This document shows, one piece after another, positions 61,541 to 64,000 of a stretch of 64,000 nucleotides of DNA. Both the position numbers and the translations under genes were made by a program. The notes beneath the pieces are model-generated. The model was given only the letters and a program-made list of their open reading frames with translations, was not told where the DNA came from and searched no databases. Source of the DNA: Lama glama (lineage: Eukaryota); contig CM052816.1 in the NCBI GenBank assembly GCA_028534125.1, forward strand, positions 34,412,001 through 34,476,000. The letters run 5' to 3'. Numbering within the stretch: the stretch's first letter is position 1; each line of letters begins with the position of its first letter.

Positions 61541-62572
61541 GCAAGTTCACTCACACGATCAAACAAGCCCTTTAACACAGAGATTCGCACACAGGCCTCT
61601 TTCCCCTGTATTCATGATTACCCGTCATGTGTATTTTCTTACAGAGTCAAGCATAAGTTCTCTATCCTGGACATACAGTGTTAAAGCCCTGAACATCCAA
61701 ATTTATAGGCATTTATCTTTCCTTTATTTGGTTCTTTTCAGTTCTTTGTTCTCAAGCTAAACATTTTTTCCCTCTTATGCTGTCTTCAAACATGAACATT
61801 CTCTTCTTTTTACACTCAGGCCATTTATTATAAGGTGTTTCCCATGGAATCCGTAACCACTTACTACTTCTAACTACGTGCATGTCAATTCACAGTATCA
61901 AAACAGCTCTACAAAACATAAAAATGACGTCAGAAGTCTAATCTTTAATCTTTTCAAATGCAATCTCCGACTTTAAAAGGAGGCCTATAGGTAAATTCAA
62001 GCAGTCTAACTGAATTAAAATTCCATATCTAATAAAACCTTCCCTTGTTCTTCCTCTATCTTTACATTTCTCTGAAATAGTTGGTTTCTCACAGCAAAGG
62101 TTTTTTTTTTGAAAGAATTTTTTGTACTTTTAAAAGAAAATATACAAATATACAAAGCCTCTGGTAGAGAAATAATTACACACTATGCTTTCTGTGTCTC
62201 CAGCTCCTGAGAAACCCCAGCTAACAAGGAGAAACACATGGAAAGTGTCAGGAGAGCTCAGCTTCAGGCCTGGTTCTCCCACACACTAATTACGTGAACT
62301 CAGGCCAGCTTCAGCCCCCTTAGCCGTATAAAGATGCTGATATTCCCCGACCTGCTCACCACAGAGGACTTTTCCGAGAATAAATTAGTCTAAGGACGTG
62401 CTCTAAACTACAGAGCAACAGTAAAATGAGAGGTGTCACGATATTGCCTAAAGGCGAAGAACTCCTCATTTCTTGAAGTGGAGTAAAACTCACAGTATTT
62501 TTCTTCTTCCCACCTCCTTATACCAAGTACATTACAAAAAGTAAATTTTTATTGATATATTTTGGGATATAC

Positions 62573-62767
62573 CTTTGACTGTATTGTCCTCAGATTAACC
62601 AGATGAATGTCACAAGGCAAAGATGACAATAGTGGAGAGAATTCACCCAGCAGCTGAAGAGTGGGCGTGGGGACCTTTTCTGTCATTGAAAAGACAGGAT
62701 GGTTCAGGAAAAAAGAAGTTATGTGGCTAAGGAGAGAAGGGTAACTGACCGACTTCTTTTCTTCTTC
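62573..62767 (-). CDS. MAN2A1: Alpha-mannosidase II, third-to-last coding exon (exon 20 by human numbering, inferred)
   Basis: Minus strand reads tttttcccgatag|GAA...AAG|gtatat; 195 nt, phase 0/0. Translates EEEKKSVSYPSLLSHITSFFLNHPVFSMTEKVPTPTLQLLGEFSPLLSSLPCDIHLVNLRTIQSK, matching the recalled C-terminal region of mammalian MAN2A1 (SYPSLLSH, LPCDIHLVNLRTIQSK). Confidence 0.96.
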
Positions 62768-64000
62768 CTATCGGGAAAAAACAGACATGCTTAAGAGTTA
62801 TACACTTACAGTTCTCGTAATATTAACTGAATTACCAGCAGGGTTTAAAGAAGAAAAATAGATAAATATACAAATACTTTGATTTTATTATGTTTTATGA
62901 ATAAGTCTTAGAAAATGCACAGCAGATACCAAATTTAGTTCTAAGCAATACAAGAAAACAGTGTCCACTTACCTCACATGTTTGGAAATTCCTTTTTTCC
63001 ATTGCTTTAATCCTAAAAATCCTGACAACATTTTCCACAAACATTTCAGGATAAGGTGCAACTTTTTGCAGAAACTCTTTCTCAACCACCCATAAGACTC
63101 TTAAAGTATGGGGTTGGGATGTTTATATATCTTGTACATCATCAAATGTTATCTCTTTTCCCTCAGGTTTTACTTATCATATTCTCATGGTTTCATTTAT
63201 ATACTTAACTAGTCCATAAAGTTATGAATTGATCCAAAGCTCTGTTCTAGCAAATGTTACCCAATGATAGGATTTAAAAAAAAAATCTCAAAATAAATAA
63301 GGTTTTAAAATAATACAGGTGGCTTATCTAGATCATCTGTTTTCTTTAAATTTGGTAAAAATCATTGTCAGTTGCTTCACTTTATTCCCCAAATGGGAAC
63401 TACTACATGCATTATAGAATAGTTATCACATATTTACATGGTACACAATTATCCAGTATAATTTTAAAATACTTTAGTCTTTTATGCTTATGGACAAATG
63501 TTTCAGCATGTTCAAACATTAGGTAAGTCTACCAGGACTGAGGACATACACAAGGTAGACGACATACACAATTAGTTACATTAATTAAATCAGTGACTAA
63601 GTAGAACCTTAACTGGTAATGTCTAAGGTGTAAAAGCAGACACAGAAAAGCACCATGAAGACAACATAATTTATATAGAGGTTTTCTGATCACCAGCAAC
63701 ATTTGGAGCAAATTTAGTTTTGTATCTTATTTTTTGAAATGACTATTTCACTGATACCTTCTGATACTGCATCCTTTTTTAAACCAGAGGGCTCAAAAAT
63801 AAAAGGCTTGGCTACTTATCTGTGTGAAAAGACAAGATTTATAGAAGATACAGAGCTTAAAATTCAGAATGTCAGATTAGCATTGAACAGAGGGTGTTAG
63901 CAAAGAGTGACGAGCATCTTGCCAGCAGCAGACTGTAGATATCATTCCAATTCAGACCAAGGAGAGAGGAAAAAAAAATTTTAAAGGCAACAGAGGCACA

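Noticed and set aside
483..63711. The short ORFs in the supplied six-frame track
   Set aside because: Lengths (60-170 aa) and composition fit chance ORFs in mammalian non-coding DNA. Many lie in repeats or antisense to real MAN2A1 exons (e.g. 51372-51605+, 53261-53668+).
1..64000. CRISPR arrays, prokaryotic defence or operon systems, intact ERV or transposase genes
   Set aside because: No regularly spaced repeat-spacer structure and no long ORFs; LTRs are solo relics and DNA transposons are short non-autonomous elements.

Overview
Mammalian genomic DNA, most likely a camelid, judged from a short tRNA-derived Vic-1-type SINE at 46496-46590. It is not prokaryotic and has no CRISPR arrays, operons, rRNA or genuine tRNA genes. 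The right end holds the last three coding exons of MAN2A1 (Golgi alpha-mannosidase II) on the minus strand (62573-62767, 53240-53350, 51449-51601). These splice in phase 0 with GT-AG boundaries and the ORF track misses them. A ~2.6 kb AT-rich 3'UTR follows, with many AATAAA hexamers and miRNA seed sites. Positions 1-48.8 kb are downstream intergenic DNA dominated by old L1, L2, MIR, MaLR/ERVL LTR and hAT DNA-transposon relics. Unique islands there include an orphan CpG-rich promoter-like region (~5.4-6.4 kb), a GATA-motif cluster (~17.7-18.7 kb), a small CpG cluster (~31.2 kb) and exon-like or ORF-like segments on the MAN2A1 strand (33.2 kb, 35.5-36.3 kb). I found no convincing new biological system. 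The best leads are regulatory or retrotransposition curiosities. Repeat families were assigned by eye from remembered consensus sequences and their boundaries are approximate.
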